Assembly: GCA_023657465.1 (NCBI GenBank)
Contig: JAGTJX010000002.1
Span: 304,136 to 336,135 of the forward strand
Direction: 5' to 3'
Length of the DNA stretch: 32,000 nt
Source of the DNA: Lysobacteraceae bacterium
Lineage (GTDB): Bacteria; Bdellovibrionota; UBA1018; JAGTJX01
The translations under genes were made by a program, and so were the position numbers. Below, one piece after another: positions 9,493-18,998 of this stretch. The notes under the pieces were generated by a model. It worked only from the letters and a program-made list of their open reading frames with translations, did no database searches and was not told where the DNA came from. Within the stretch, counting starts at the first letter, position 1; the number at the start of each line of letters is the position of its first letter.

Positions 9493-9852
9493 GTGGCGAT
9501 GGATTCATTAAAGATTGAAGGTTTAAGCAATCGATTAGAGATTGGCACTGACCAGCTGGGTCGTATGCAAGAGCGCAAAGAAATGAATGGCCTCAGCATG
9601 GGATCAGGTCAAGCCGCAGGTTCTCCACCGAGTGGCAGCTTCACTCAGATGCTTGAGAAAGCTGTAGAGCAAGCCAATGAACATCAAGTTCAAGCAGACA
9701 CTGCAGCTAAGGAACTCATGGCTGGCAGATCTAAGAATATTCATGAATCACTACTCGTACTCGAGCGCGCAGATACATCATTGAAACTGATGATGCAGGT
9801 CAGAAACAAAGTTCTCGATGCATACCGTGAGATCATGAGAATGCAGGTCTAG
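9493..9852 (+). CDS. fliE: Flagellar hook-basal body protein FliE
   Basis: C-terminal FliE signature ESLLVLERADTSLKLMMQVRNKVLDAYREIMRMQV and position flgB-flgC-fliE. GTG at 9493 or ATG at 9499 could be the start. Confidence 0.94.
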   Translation: MAMDSLKIEGLSNRLEIGTDQLGRMQERKEMNGLSMGSGQAAGSPPSGSFTQMLEKAVEQANEHQVQADTAAKELMAGRSKNIHESLLVLERADTSLKLMMQVRNKVLDAYREIMRMQV

Positions 9853-9902
9853 TTTTTTAGGGATAAGAGGGATGGGTTTAGGAATAAGAGAGGGAATGGC
9901 AA

Positions 9903-11594
9903 GTGGGAGATTATTTAAAGAAAGTAGTCAGTCAAATATCAGATTTTTTTAATACTCTGAGTCCTGCTCGTAAAGTAGGGGTCGTGATCACATTGATCTT
10001 GATGACTGCTTCAATCGGTGGATTGTTTTACTGGGCAGGTAACAAAACTTACAAACCTCTCATGACGAATTTGAATCCAGAAGATGCTACTTCCATCATG
10101 AGAATTCTTCGTGATAAGAAAATTCCATTCAATGTAGACCCAACGGGAAGAAATATCGAGATTCCACCTGAGCAGATTCATAACTTAAGGTTAGAGCTAG
10201 CGACTATCGGTCTCCCACAATCCAGCAACATAGGTTATGAGCTGTTTGATAAGCAGCAATTGGGAACCACAAGTTTTGTTCAGAAAGTGAATCAGAAGCG
10301 CGCTCTCGAAGGTGAGCTCATGCGCACCATCAATACGATCAAGGGTATCAAACGTTCACGTGTGCACTTAGTCCAACCCGACAAAAGTGCCTTCATCGAA
10401 GATCAAAAGAAACCATCTGCATCAGTCGTTCTTGATGTTGAACCAGGTACGGTTCTTTCTGAAAAACAAATTTATGGCATCGGAAACTTAGTGGCTCGCG
10501 CCGTAGAGGGATTGGATTACTCAGAAGTGGGAATCGTCGATTCAAACGGAAAAACTCTCTCAAAGAACAGCCAGGATCCACTCGTAGGAATTACTGCGAC
10601 TCAGCATGATTTCAAACGTAAAGTCGAAGAAGAAAAAGAAAAGCAAATCGAAGACATGTTAGCTCGAGTAGTAGGTGAAGGCCGTGTCGTAGCTAGAGTC
10701 ATGGCTGATATGGACTTCTCAAGAGTAGAAGAGAATCAGACCACTTATGATGCTGATGGAAGCGCAGTCGTATCTCAGAGCAAGAACAACGATACTGCAG
10801 AAGGCACTCGTCCAGGTCCAATTGGCGCTCCAGGAGCAACGACGAATCAGCCAGGCAATCCACCTATGGCAGCTGCTTCTACTCAGATTCGAAATAATAC
10901 AAATAAGAATAATGAACTCACGAACTACGCTGTGCCACAGACCACTCGAAGAACAATCAAGCAGCCTGGTGGCGTGACCAAATGGTCAGTCGCTGTAGTG
11001 CTAGATGGGAAGACTGTGAAGACCACTGACAAAGATGGAAAAGTCTTGGCCAAAGTCGAATCATGGGCTCCAGAGAAGCTCAAAGAATTTGAAGCACTCG
11101 TTGCAAGTGCAGTAGGATTCGATGCTAAGCGCGGTGATAAGATTGAAGTGAAGAATATGGAATTCACTCGTGAAGACTTCGAAGAAGCTCAGCGTACGAT
11201 TGCTGAGAGCGAGCGCCGTGGATACATTCAGAACCTCATTATTTATGGTGTGATTGGTATTCTCATTCTCCTCTTCTTCGTCTTCGTCGTACGCCCATTC
11301 ATCAAGTGGGTTACCGAGAATACGATCGACAGTGTGGATTTATTCTTGCCACAGACATTGGAAGAGCTTGAGTCACTTCAGAAAGGTGCTGGTATGCCTC
11401 AGTTAGAGGATACAGTTCCTGCTCTCAGTGAGAAGATTGCTCCAGAAAAAATTGAAGGTGAGATGATCAAAGAAAAAATCATCTCTCTCGTTGATAACAA
11501 TCCACAGAAAGCAGCACTCGTGCTTCGTGACTGGATTAAGGGTCAACCGGCAAAAGAACCAGCCAAAGAAGTGGGAAAGGGTAAATCCGCATGA
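9903..11594 (+). CDS. fliF: Flagellar MS-ring protein FliF
   Basis: YKPLMTNLNPEDATSIMRILRDKKIPF, GSSNIGYELFDKQQLGTTSFVQKVNQKRALEGELMRTI; second TM near the C-terminus. GTG start. Confidence 0.97.
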   Translation: MGDYLKKVVSQISDFFNTLSPARKVGVVITLILMTASIGGLFYWAGNKTYKPLMTNLNPEDATSIMRILRDKKIPFNVDPTGRNIEIPPEQIHNLRLELATIGLPQSSNIGYELFDKQQLGTTSFVQKVNQKRALEGELMRTINTIKGIKRSRVHLVQPDKSAFIEDQKKPSASVVLDVEPGTVLSEKQIYGIGNLVARAVEGLDYSEVGIVDSNGKTLSKNSQDPLVGITATQHDFKRKVEEEKEKQIEDMLARVVGEGRVVARVMADMDFSRVEENQTTYDADGSAVVSQSKNNDTAEGTRPGPIGAPGATTNQPGNPPMAAASTQIRNNTNKNNELTNYAVPQTTRRTIKQPGGVTKWSVAVVLDGKTVKTTDKDGKVLAKVESWAPEKLKEFEALVASAVGFDAKRGDKIEVKNMEFTREDFEEAQRTIAESERRGYIQNLIIYGVIGILILLFFVFVVRPFIKWVTENTIDSVDLFLPQTLEELESLQKGAGMPQLEDTVPALSEKIAPEKIEGEMIKEKIISLVDNNPQKAALVLRDWIKGQPAKEPAKEVGKGKSA

Positions 11595-12622
11595 AGGGCA
11601 TAGCAGCTGTTTCGTATGAAAATATTGAAGAGATGTCGGGGATTGATAAGACTGCAGTTCTCCTCAGCGTCTTAGGCAACACCGTGACTGCTAAGATCTT
11701 CAAAAGCATGAAAGACAACGATGTGAAGCGTGTTGTGAACTCCATGCAATCCGTGAATAAGGTTCCGATCTCTACTGTACGTAAAGTATTAGAAGAGTTT
11801 TATAATGAGATTTCTGAAGAAGACATTCTCATTTTCGGTCACCAGACCGGTCGTGAGTTCATTTTGGAGACTCTCGGAGAAGATCGTGCGAAGACTGTTC
11901 TTGGTCAGCTCTCAGTACTCGAAGGTTCGCGTACTCTTGAAGCTCTCGAGCTCGTCGACCCTCGTACCCTAGCCAACTTCTTGGTCAATGAACATCCGCA
12001 AACCATCGCTCTTGTTCTTGCACATTTAGAAGCCAACAAGAAGTGCGACGTTCTCAAGCGTTTGCCAGAAGTCATTCAGACCGAAGTAGTTCTCAGAATC
12101 GCGAACCTCGATTATATTTCTCCAGACCTCATTGCTCAGGTGGACGAAGTGCTCAAGCAAGAGCTTGCAACATTGGGTTCGATCGATACACAACAATTGG
12201 GTGGCGTGCCTCCGATCGCAGAAATGCTCAACGTCATGGACAAAAACAGCGAACAGAACATCATGTCTCGTGTGGAAGAAAAAGATCCGCAGTTGGCAGA
12301 AGAGATTAGAAAACTCATGTTCGTATTCGAAGACATCATTTTCATCGACGACCGGGGTATGCAGTCTCTTCTCAAAGAAGTACCCAACGACAAATTGGTA
12401 CTTGCTCTCAAGACAGCTCCAGACGAGATCAAAGATAAGATCTTTAAGAACATTTCAAAACGCGCAAGCGAACTACTCAAAGAAGATCTCTCTTCTATGG
12501 GTCCAGTGAAGCTCTCAGATGTCGAAGGTGCTCAACAAGAGATCGTCAACATAGCGAAGCGTCTCGAGTCCGAAGGCAAGATCATCATTAGTCGTGGTGG
12601 AGAGGCTGACGCTCTCGTATGA
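11591..12622 (+). CDS. fliG: Flagellar motor switch protein FliG
   Basis: NEHPQTIALVLAHL, NIMSRVEEKDPQLAEEIRKLMFVFEDIIFIDDRGMQSLLKEV. ATGA overlap with fliF. The true start may be a later in-frame Met (MSGIDKTAVLLS). Confidence 0.97.
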   Translation: MKGIAAVSYENIEEMSGIDKTAVLLSVLGNTVTAKIFKSMKDNDVKRVVNSMQSVNKVPISTVRKVLEEFYNEISEEDILIFGHQTGREFILETLGEDRAKTVLGQLSVLEGSRTLEALELVDPRTLANFLVNEHPQTIALVLAHLEANKKCDVLKRLPEVIQTEVVLRIANLDYISPDLIAQVDEVLKQELATLGSIDTQQLGGVPPIAEMLNVMDKNSEQNIMSRVEEKDPQLAEEIRKLMFVFEDIIFIDDRGMQSLLKEVPNDKLVLALKTAPDEIKDKIFKNISKRASELLKEDLSSMGPVKLSDVEGAQQEIVNIAKRLESEGKIIISRGGEADALV

Positions 12623-13404
12623 GTAATTCTTTCCAAAGACAAAAGTGGAACATTCAATCTGAGACCGAAGGCAGCAGTGGGGTACGTGTCATCTCTCAGG
12701 GTGAAGGCTCCACTTATCAAGTTGAGGAATACATTGCCGAAAAACTCAAGACTTCTTCCATGTCTACCCCTGAAGACAAGTCTATTAAGCATAGTTTCCA
12801 GCTCAATAGACTCCAAGGTCAGTTAAAGGCTGAACAGGAGAAGGCTAAGATTGTTTTTGATCAAGAAATTGATGTCATAAAAAAAGCAGCCTTTGATGAG
12901 GGAATGAAACAAGGATTCGGCCAAGGACATGGGGAAGGTATTGAAGCAGGAAAAGCTGAAGGCCATCAGAAGTATTTGATGGAAATGCGTGGCAATATCG
13001 CAAAAATTGAAGAGCTCACAGCCGCTTATGAAGGAGCTAAGAATGAAATCTACGCTGCGAATGAACGCGTCTTAGTACAGCTTGCTTTCCAAGTAGCTAA
13101 GAAAGTTGTACTGAAAGAACTTGCAACTGATGAGACCTATATTCAGCGCGTAGTGAAAGAAATCATCGACCGGCTCAGTGTAAAGGAGTCTGTGAGAATC
13201 AAAGTATCTCCGAAGGATCTCTACCGTGTGGAGAATATTAAAAAAGAACTCACTGATCATTTTTCTAAATTAAAGAACATAACAGTAGAGTCTTCTGACA
13301 AGGTACTCAGTGGCTGTATAGTTGAAACAGATTTTAATGTCATAGATGCGCAAGTCGAAAATCAACTCAAAGAAATATTTGATGCATTGGTTGAAAGCAA
13401 ATGA
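12619..13404 (+). CDS. fliH: Flagellar export ATPase-associated protein FliH
   Basis: FDEGMKQGFGQGHGEGIEAGKAEGHQKYL (Gly-repeat FliH motif) and a C-terminal stator-like domain. ATGA overlaps on both sides. Confidence 0.88.
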   Translation: MSNSFQRQKWNIQSETEGSSGVRVISQGEGSTYQVEEYIAEKLKTSSMSTPEDKSIKHSFQLNRLQGQLKAEQEKAKIVFDQEIDVIKKAAFDEGMKQGFGQGHGEGIEAGKAEGHQKYLMEMRGNIAKIEELTAAYEGAKNEIYAANERVLVQLAFQVAKKVVLKELATDETYIQRVVKEIIDRLSVKESVRIKVSPKDLYRVENIKKELTDHFSKLKNITVESSDKVLSGCIVETDFNVIDAQVENQLKEIFDALVESK

Positions 13405-14783
13405 CCTGGACACTGCCAGAAAATAAATACTCTGATATATTGCATTCGATGATGCCATTTTCGATCATCGGAAAAGTAACTAAATCATTAGGACTTATTT
13501 TTGAGGCACACCTTCCCGGCGCTTCTGTCGGAAGTTTATGCAGAATTTTTCTCAATACGGATGATGAGTCTCGTTTTGTTGATGCTGAAGTCATTGGGTT
13601 TAAAGATTCAAAAGTGATTTTGATGCCATTTGAAAATGCAGCAGGAGTGAATAACGAAAGTCGAATTAAACTCCTTCACAGACAATCACAAGTTGTCGTA
13701 GGGAATTTTCTATTAGGTAGAGTAGTCGATGCTTTAGGAAGACCGATGGATCACAAAGGACCACTCTTCGAGGATCGCACTCCGTTTCATACTCGCTCAC
13801 TTTATGAGAAGCCTTCTGATCCACTCACTCGTACGATGATTGAGCAGCCCCTTGACCTCGGAGTAAAGGCAATCAATGGATTGCTAACCATCGGAAAAGG
13901 GCAGCGCGTAGGCATTATGGCAGGTTCTGGAGTAGGGAAGTCTGTACTCCTAGGGATGTTAGCAAAAAATTCTAAGTCAGATATTAACGTTATAGCACTC
14001 ATCGGTGAACGAAACCGTGAAGTGAGAGAATTCATTGAACGTGATCTTGGTCCTGAAGGCTTAGCTCGCTCAATTGTTATTGTTGCAACAGGAGAGAGCT
14101 CACCACTAGTGAGGACTCGCGCAGCTTTCTTAGCGACATCTATTGCTGAATATTTTAGAGATGAAGGCAAAGACGTGCTTCTCATGATGGATTCTGTCAC
14201 TCGTTTCTGTATGGCTCAAAGAGAGATCGGCTTATCTTTAGGCGAGCCACCGGCATCTAAGGGATATACTCCGAGTGTATTCTCCTTACTCCCCAAGTTA
14301 CTTGAGCGTGCAGGCACAGCTCCGGTGAGAGGAAGTATTACAGGTATCTATACAGTACTTGTCGAAGGTGACGATATGGATGAGCCGATTGCAGATGCAG
14401 CTCGTTCGATTCTTGACGGTCACATTGTTCTCTCCCGTAAGCTCGCACACCGTAATCAATTCCCTGCGATAGACGTACTTCAAAGTACTTCCAGGGTCAT
14501 GCCAGCAGTGACGAGCGAAGTGCAGAGGTCTGCTGCAGGGACTATTCGTGAGCTCCTTGCGACTTATACTCAGAACGAGGACATGATTAGTCTGGGAGCC
14601 TATGTGAGAGGCAGTAATCTCAAAATCGATCAGTCTATTGCTGTTCATGATCGGATCAATGATTTCTTCCGTCAGAACTCTAAAGTATCTGTGAGTTTGG
14701 ATGAGACCTTCGCTCAAATGGTCGGAATTTGCCGAGCTGCTGAAGCCATGGCTCAAGCTCCTCAACCTGCAAAAAAATCCTAA
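13401..14783 (+). CDS. fliI: Flagellum-specific ATP synthase FliI
   Basis: GQRVGIMAGSGVGKSVLLGMLA, LIGERNREVREFIERDLG, MMDSVTRFCMAQREIGLSLGEPPASKGYTPSVFSLLPKLLERAG. Confidence 0.97.
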   Translation: MTWTLPENKYSDILHSMMPFSIIGKVTKSLGLIFEAHLPGASVGSLCRIFLNTDDESRFVDAEVIGFKDSKVILMPFENAAGVNNESRIKLLHRQSQVVVGNFLLGRVVDALGRPMDHKGPLFEDRTPFHTRSLYEKPSDPLTRTMIEQPLDLGVKAINGLLTIGKGQRVGIMAGSGVGKSVLLGMLAKNSKSDINVIALIGERNREVREFIERDLGPEGLARSIVIVATGESSPLVRTRAAFLATSIAEYFRDEGKDVLLMMDSVTRFCMAQREIGLSLGEPPASKGYTPSVFSLLPKLLERAGTAPVRGSITGIYTVLVEGDDMDEPIADAARSILDGHIVLSRKLAHRNQFPAIDVLQSTSRVMPAVTSEVQRSAAGTIRELLATYTQNEDMISLGAYVRGSNLKIDQSIAVHDRINDFFRQNSKVSVSLDETFAQMVGICRAAEAMAQAPQPAKKS

Positions 14784-14852
14784 GCTCTTTTTGCCGACAC
14801 GGCAAATCATTCAGTCTATTCTTTAAACCCAGATCAGGTGATTCTATAAGAG

Positions 14853-15323
14853 ATGAAGCGTTTTCAATTCAAATTAGAAGCTCTGCTCACCATACGCGAA
14901 CGACAAGTTCAAGAAGCAATGCGCATCCTTGCAGAGACACAACGCAATCTTATGAATGAAGTCGATAGAAAAAATTCTCTCAAAAATGACTTAGAAAGAG
15001 CTGCAATTCGAAGAGAAAAACTTTCTGAAAAAATTGTTGGTGTTCAAGAATACAGAATTGAAGATCTTCTGATTCAAGGAAATCGTAAAAGAATTGAATT
15101 CGCAGAACGTGCAATCATTCGTGCAAAAAAATGGGTGAACCAAGCTATGGCTCAATACTTGGCTGCTCGTCAGAGAAAATCTGTGATCGATAAATTAAAA
15201 GAAAAAGCAAAAGATCAATTTAAAACCGAAGTGAGAAAATACGAACAGAAGCAGCTCGATGATTTGTATGTCATGAGATCTTCTCAGAGACATTGGGTAT
15301 TAGGCGAAGGGGGAGTCGAATGA
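14853..15323 (+). CDS. fliJ: Flagellar export protein FliJ
   Basis: Short, highly charged coiled-coil protein starting FKRFQFKLEALLTIRERQVQEA directly after fliI. Confidence 0.88.
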   Translation: MKRFQFKLEALLTIRERQVQEAMRILAETQRNLMNEVDRKNSLKNDLERAAIRREKLSEKIVGVQEYRIEDLLIQGNRKRIEFAERAIIRAKKWVNQAMAQYLAARQRKSVIDKLKEKAKDQFKTEVRKYEQKQLDDLYVMRSSQRHWVLGEGGVE

Positions 15324-15793
15324 AGTCCATTCTCTTGATCTCTCTCATTCTTGGTGCTGCAGTTCATGCATCAGAGCTACCAGACAATGCATGCCTTGTG
15401 GATCAGAAGGCACTCACTGAACTCAAGAAACAAAGATCTGCTTACGAAGAAAAACTTAAAAGCTTAAGCGAAAAAGAAAATGAACTCGAAAAGCGAGAGC
15501 AAGCTGTCAAAGAAGAAATCGCAAAACTCCAAGCTCTCAAATCTGAAATTCAAGGTGTGAAGCTTGATCAGAAAAAACAATCAGATGAAAAAGTAGCTAA
15601 GTTCGTTGAGACAGTAGAAGCAATGAGTCCTAAGGCAGCATCCGCTCTTCTATCAAAAGTAGAATTATCGCTTGCTGTATCTGCTGCAACTAAGATGACC
15701 ACTCAGCGTTTAGCGAAGATCATGAATTTGATGGATCCTGTGAAGGCATCACAGCTCACTGAAGCGATGACTAAAGGGAGTATTCTTCAATGA
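15320..15793 (+). CDS. MotE-family (MgtE N-terminal domain-like) putative flagellar chaperone, with signal peptide
   Basis: MKSILLISLILGAAVHASEL, coiled coil, then VEAMSPKAASALLSKVELSLAVSAATKMTTQRLAKIMNLMDPVKASQLTEAM. The ATG at 15320 (ATGA overlap with fliJ) is preferred to 15293. Confidence 0.75.
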   Translation: MKSILLISLILGAAVHASELPDNACLVDQKALTELKKQRSAYEEKLKSLSEKENELEKREQAVKEEIAKLQALKSEIQGVKLDQKKQSDEKVAKFVETVEAMSPKAASALLSKVELSLAVSAATKMTTQRLAKIMNLMDPVKASQLTEAMTKGSILQ

Positions 15794-17202
15794 TTAATAT
15801 TTCCAAAGTCGTATCAGGTGGAATGCCTTCTCGACAACAGATCGGCGAGTCGGATGTAGAGCTTAAGAAAAAAGTGGAAGGCGAAGTTTCTGTGGATCAA
15901 ATGATCCAAGCAGCACTTGCTACTGCACAGGCTCAAACTCCAGTTGTTGTTCTCACTCCGGAACAAAACGTTGCGCTTGCTGCACAAACATCTTTAAGTT
16001 CAGAAGGAGAAGTTGAATCAGTTGGAACAAAAGTAGCAGCAAAGTTACCTGCACTCACTCCTTCCCAAGCTAAACTTGAAGCCCAATTAAAAAACATCAC
16101 TCATGCTCAAACTAATACAGAATTAAAAGCACAAGCTCTCGCGAGACAGAATCCTGGTCTTCAAGAAGGTAAAATGATTCTTCCTGCTGGAGGAATGCAA
16201 GTTGTTGATCAGCAGCTAGAAACAAGCACTCTTACGGATTTATATGCACTTCCAGGACAAGCAGAAGAAGTAGGTACTGAAGTTTCTGAAGCTTCGCAAG
16301 CATCTAAGCCACATGTAGCAACTAAAAAATCTCTTTCAGGTTCTGATTTCCTGCAAACTCGTATGGCGATGGGAACGGCGGGTAATACTTCAGCTCCTGT
16401 CTCTAGTAGTCCAATTGATGCTCCAACAAAGTCCAAAGGTACTGAGGCAAAGTCAATTTCAGAATTAGTCAGCACAGGAGTAGGACTTCAAGCGATTCTC
16501 GGTGGAACAAAAGAAAAGCAATCCAGCGCATCTGATAACTCGGGATCACAAGAAAAAGACCAAACTGCTATGAGACAACTCACACATGGATTGGCTATGA
16601 CTCCAGCGGGTAAGACCGCTTCGTTTGATCCTGGTTCTATCATGGGTCAAGCGACTTCTGCTCAAGTGACGAGTGGTAGTCTAGGGACACAGAGATTATC
16701 GAGTGATGCAGTTCTTAATATCGGCTCACAAATCAAAAACCTCAGTGCATCAGCGAATGGTGGCGAGATTCGATTAAGACTGAAGCCTGATCACTTAGGT
16801 GAAATCTTCATTCAAGTGAATACATTAGGAAATTACGTTGATCTTAAGGTTCGTGCATCGGACGCTCATGCTAAGAAAATCATTGAAGAAAGCTTAAGTG
16901 CACTGAAGGAATCGCTCTCTGTACATAATTTAAGTTTAGGCACAATTGATATAGCGCAAGCACCTGCTCTTACACAATCACAGATGCAATCGCAGCTTGA
17001 TCTCAGTCATCAGAACCGTTCGAACATGGGTGATGTACTCAATCAACAGCAGAATCAAAATTTTAAACAAGGTGCAAGTAATTACGATCGTTTGAATGAT
17101 GGATCTTTACCGGAAGTGAAGAACTTGGTTGGAGCAGCAGGTCTTAAGCGAATGGGTAATCAAGAAGCAGCGGGTTCAGGAAGACTAAACGTTTTAGCAT
17201 AG
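15790..17202 (+). CDS. fliK: Flagellar hook-length control protein FliK
   Basis: C-terminal Flg_hook domain: GGEIRLRLKPDHLGEIFIQVNTLGNYVDLKVRASDAHAKKIIEESLSALKESLSVHNLSLGTIDI; long Gln/Ser/Ala-rich N-terminal region. Confidence 0.9.
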   Translation: MINISKVVSGGMPSRQQIGESDVELKKKVEGEVSVDQMIQAALATAQAQTPVVVLTPEQNVALAAQTSLSSEGEVESVGTKVAAKLPALTPSQAKLEAQLKNITHAQTNTELKAQALARQNPGLQEGKMILPAGGMQVVDQQLETSTLTDLYALPGQAEEVGTEVSEASQASKPHVATKKSLSGSDFLQTRMAMGTAGNTSAPVSSSPIDAPTKSKGTEAKSISELVSTGVGLQAILGGTKEKQSSASDNSGSQEKDQTAMRQLTHGLAMTPAGKTASFDPGSIMGQATSAQVTSGSLGTQRLSSDAVLNIGSQIKNLSASANGGEIRLRLKPDHLGEIFIQVNTLGNYVDLKVRASDAHAKKIIEESLSALKESLSVHNLSLGTIDIAQAPALTQSQMQSQLDLSHQNRSNMGDVLNQQQNQNFKQGASNYDRLNDGSLPEVKNLVGAAGLKRMGNQEAAGSGRLNVLA

Positions 17203-17222
17203 AAGTAAAAAGGGGATAACGA

Positions 17223-18434
17223 GTGTCAATTGGATCGGTGACAACAGCTAGAGCAGGAGCAGTGGTAACAGGTGATTCTGTAGCACCTTCTACTAATGAA
17301 CCCGGCTTAGATAAAAACCAAGCTCCAAAGTTTCAAAAAGTTTGGTCTGACATTCAAGCTAAAATGGGTGTAAAACCTCAAGCTCCTCGTGAAATCAAAA
17401 AGAAACTCGATAAAGATGATTTCATGATGATCATGATTAATCAGATGAAGTATCAGGATCCGACTAAGCCATTTGATGCTGAGAAGATGGCGACTGAAAT
17501 GGCGCAAATCACTTCAATGGAACAAATGCAGAACATGAATAAAACTTTGGAGAAGATGACTGCCAATCAGAATCCATCTCAGCGGTTGGAGATGACATCA
17601 CTGATCGGTAAGACGGTTATTCTCGATCGTAACCGTTTCCCACACACAGAGGGTTCTAACTCTAGTGTCAGCTTCACACTTCCCGAAGCATCTGACGTCA
17701 CTCGTGTGACCCTCATCAATGCTGAATCTGGTGAGCCTGTGTTTACTAGGGATCTGGGGATGCAAGAGGCTGGCGCAGTTGGATTCACTTGGGACGGAAT
17801 GCGCAACAATGGTATCCCGTCTAAGTCAGGAAACTATGTGGTCAGAGTCGATGCGGCTACTGCTCAAGGAAAAGTGATTCCAACTAAGATGCAAGGAGAA
17901 GCAAGGATCATAGGAGTGAGCTTCGATGGTGGAGAGCCTTCGTTCTTAGTCGGTGATGCGAAGATGCAACAAAAAGTTCCGATGAGTAACATTTTGAAGG
18001 TGCAGGAGAGTGTGAGCGGGGAACCGCAGAGCGGTTCCGTGCGAAGCGCCAACACTGCATTACCGTTTAGTCAGCAAAACCAAGTGATTCAGAACCCTGG
18101 TTCAGCACCTAAACCATCCATTCAGTACACTGCTGAAAAGCCAGAAAAGCTCTTTCAACACAGCTCTAATGTCCTCCCTTACACCGGAGCGGCAGAAGGT
18201 AAAGAAGTTCCGATTGATCAGCAAATTTTAGCTGCACTGAACGCGCCTTCAGGATTGCCTTCAGATCAAGTCAAGGCTCATCAAAAACTCGCATTCAATG
18301 CTGAGATGAATCGTCCAGGTGGAATGGATGGATTCACTAGTGGAGCAGCGCCTGTAACTGGAAAAGGTTTTCCAAATGGTTTGAGTACAATGAAAGATGA
18401 AATTCAGAAGCAAAGTGGAGGTGAAAGACAATGA
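17223..18434 (+). CDS. flgD: Flagellar hook assembly scaffold FlgD with an extended C-terminal tail
   Basis: LDKDDFMMIMINQMKYQDPTKPFDAEKMATEMAQITSMEQMQNMNKTL and FTWDGMRNNGIPSKSGNYVVRVDA. GTG start. Confidence 0.93.
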   Translation: MSIGSVTTARAGAVVTGDSVAPSTNEPGLDKNQAPKFQKVWSDIQAKMGVKPQAPREIKKKLDKDDFMMIMINQMKYQDPTKPFDAEKMATEMAQITSMEQMQNMNKTLEKMTANQNPSQRLEMTSLIGKTVILDRNRFPHTEGSNSSVSFTLPEASDVTRVTLINAESGEPVFTRDLGMQEAGAVGFTWDGMRNNGIPSKSGNYVVRVDAATAQGKVIPTKMQGEARIIGVSFDGGEPSFLVGDAKMQQKVPMSNILKVQESVSGEPQSGSVRSANTALPFSQQNQVIQNPGSAPKPSIQYTAEKPEKLFQHSSNVLPYTGAAEGKEVPIDQQILAALNAPSGLPSDQVKAHQKLAFNAEMNRPGGMDGFTSGAAPVTGKGFPNGLSTMKDEIQKQSGGERQ

Positions 18435-18853
18435 TTAAGGAAGGGATTTTATATCCGAATGTCTCACGCATTCCCGCACAAGGGGATAGTGCGGCTTCAG
18501 AAGCAAAATCCGCAAAAGATATTAAACCTGGAGAGTTCGATCGCGCATTAAACGATGCGATCAAATCTCCTTCGAATGAGAACATAGGTCAGATTCGTCC
18601 AGGTGTTAAATTCTCTTCGCATGCTTCACAACGAGTCCAGGAAAGAAAAATCAATGTAGGCCCAGAGCTCATGTCGAAAGTGAATGATGCAATCGATAAA
18701 GCTGCTGCAAAAGGTCTAGAAGAGTCTTTGATTTTGACAGCGAATTCAGCATTCATTGTGAATGTGAAAAATCGAACGATTATCACAGCGATGGACAAAG
18801 AAGGAATGTCTGGGAATGTGTTCACGAATATTGATGGCGCTGTCATCATTTAA
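18431..18853 (+). CDS. 'Flagellar operon protein' of the TIGR02530-like family
   Basis: VKFSSHASQRVQERKINVGPELMSKVNDAIDKAAAKGLEESLILTANSAFIVNVKNRTIITAMDKEGMSGNVFTNIDGAVII, located between flgD and flgE as in other bacteria. ATGA overlap with flgD. Confidence 0.85.
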   Translation: MIKEGILYPNVSRIPAQGDSAASEAKSAKDIKPGEFDRALNDAIKSPSNENIGQIRPGVKFSSHASQRVQERKINVGPELMSKVNDAIDKAAAKGLEESLILTANSAFIVNVKNRTIITAMDKEGMSGNVFTNIDGAVII

Positions 18854-18889
18854 CGTGATTTGAAAAATAGGCGTGAGTGAATAGAGAGT

Positions 18890-18995
18890 AGGTTGGCCCC
18901 GTTTTTTGGGAAACCTCTTGGCGAGTCCGAATGATTGACGACTTGCCGCACTCATAAAATATGAATGCTAGTTGTAAAGAACCAAGGAGGGTTCT
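18890..18995 (+). promoter_or_regulatory. Structured flgE leader: three tandem hairpins, the last enclosing the Shine-Dalgarno
   Basis: AGGTT-gg-CCC/GGG-a-AACCT (18890-18916); GGCGAGTC/GACTTGCC (18920-18947, one G.U); AGAACC-AAGGAG-GGTTCT (18978-18995). Confidence 0.6.
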
Positions 18996-18998
18996 CTT

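Noticed and set aside
18893-18910. Possible sigma54 promoter TTGGCCCCGTTTTTTGGG upstream of flgE
   Set aside because: The GG is followed at the -12 position by TG rather than GC, and the sequence is better explained as part of hairpin 1. It was not called as a promoter.
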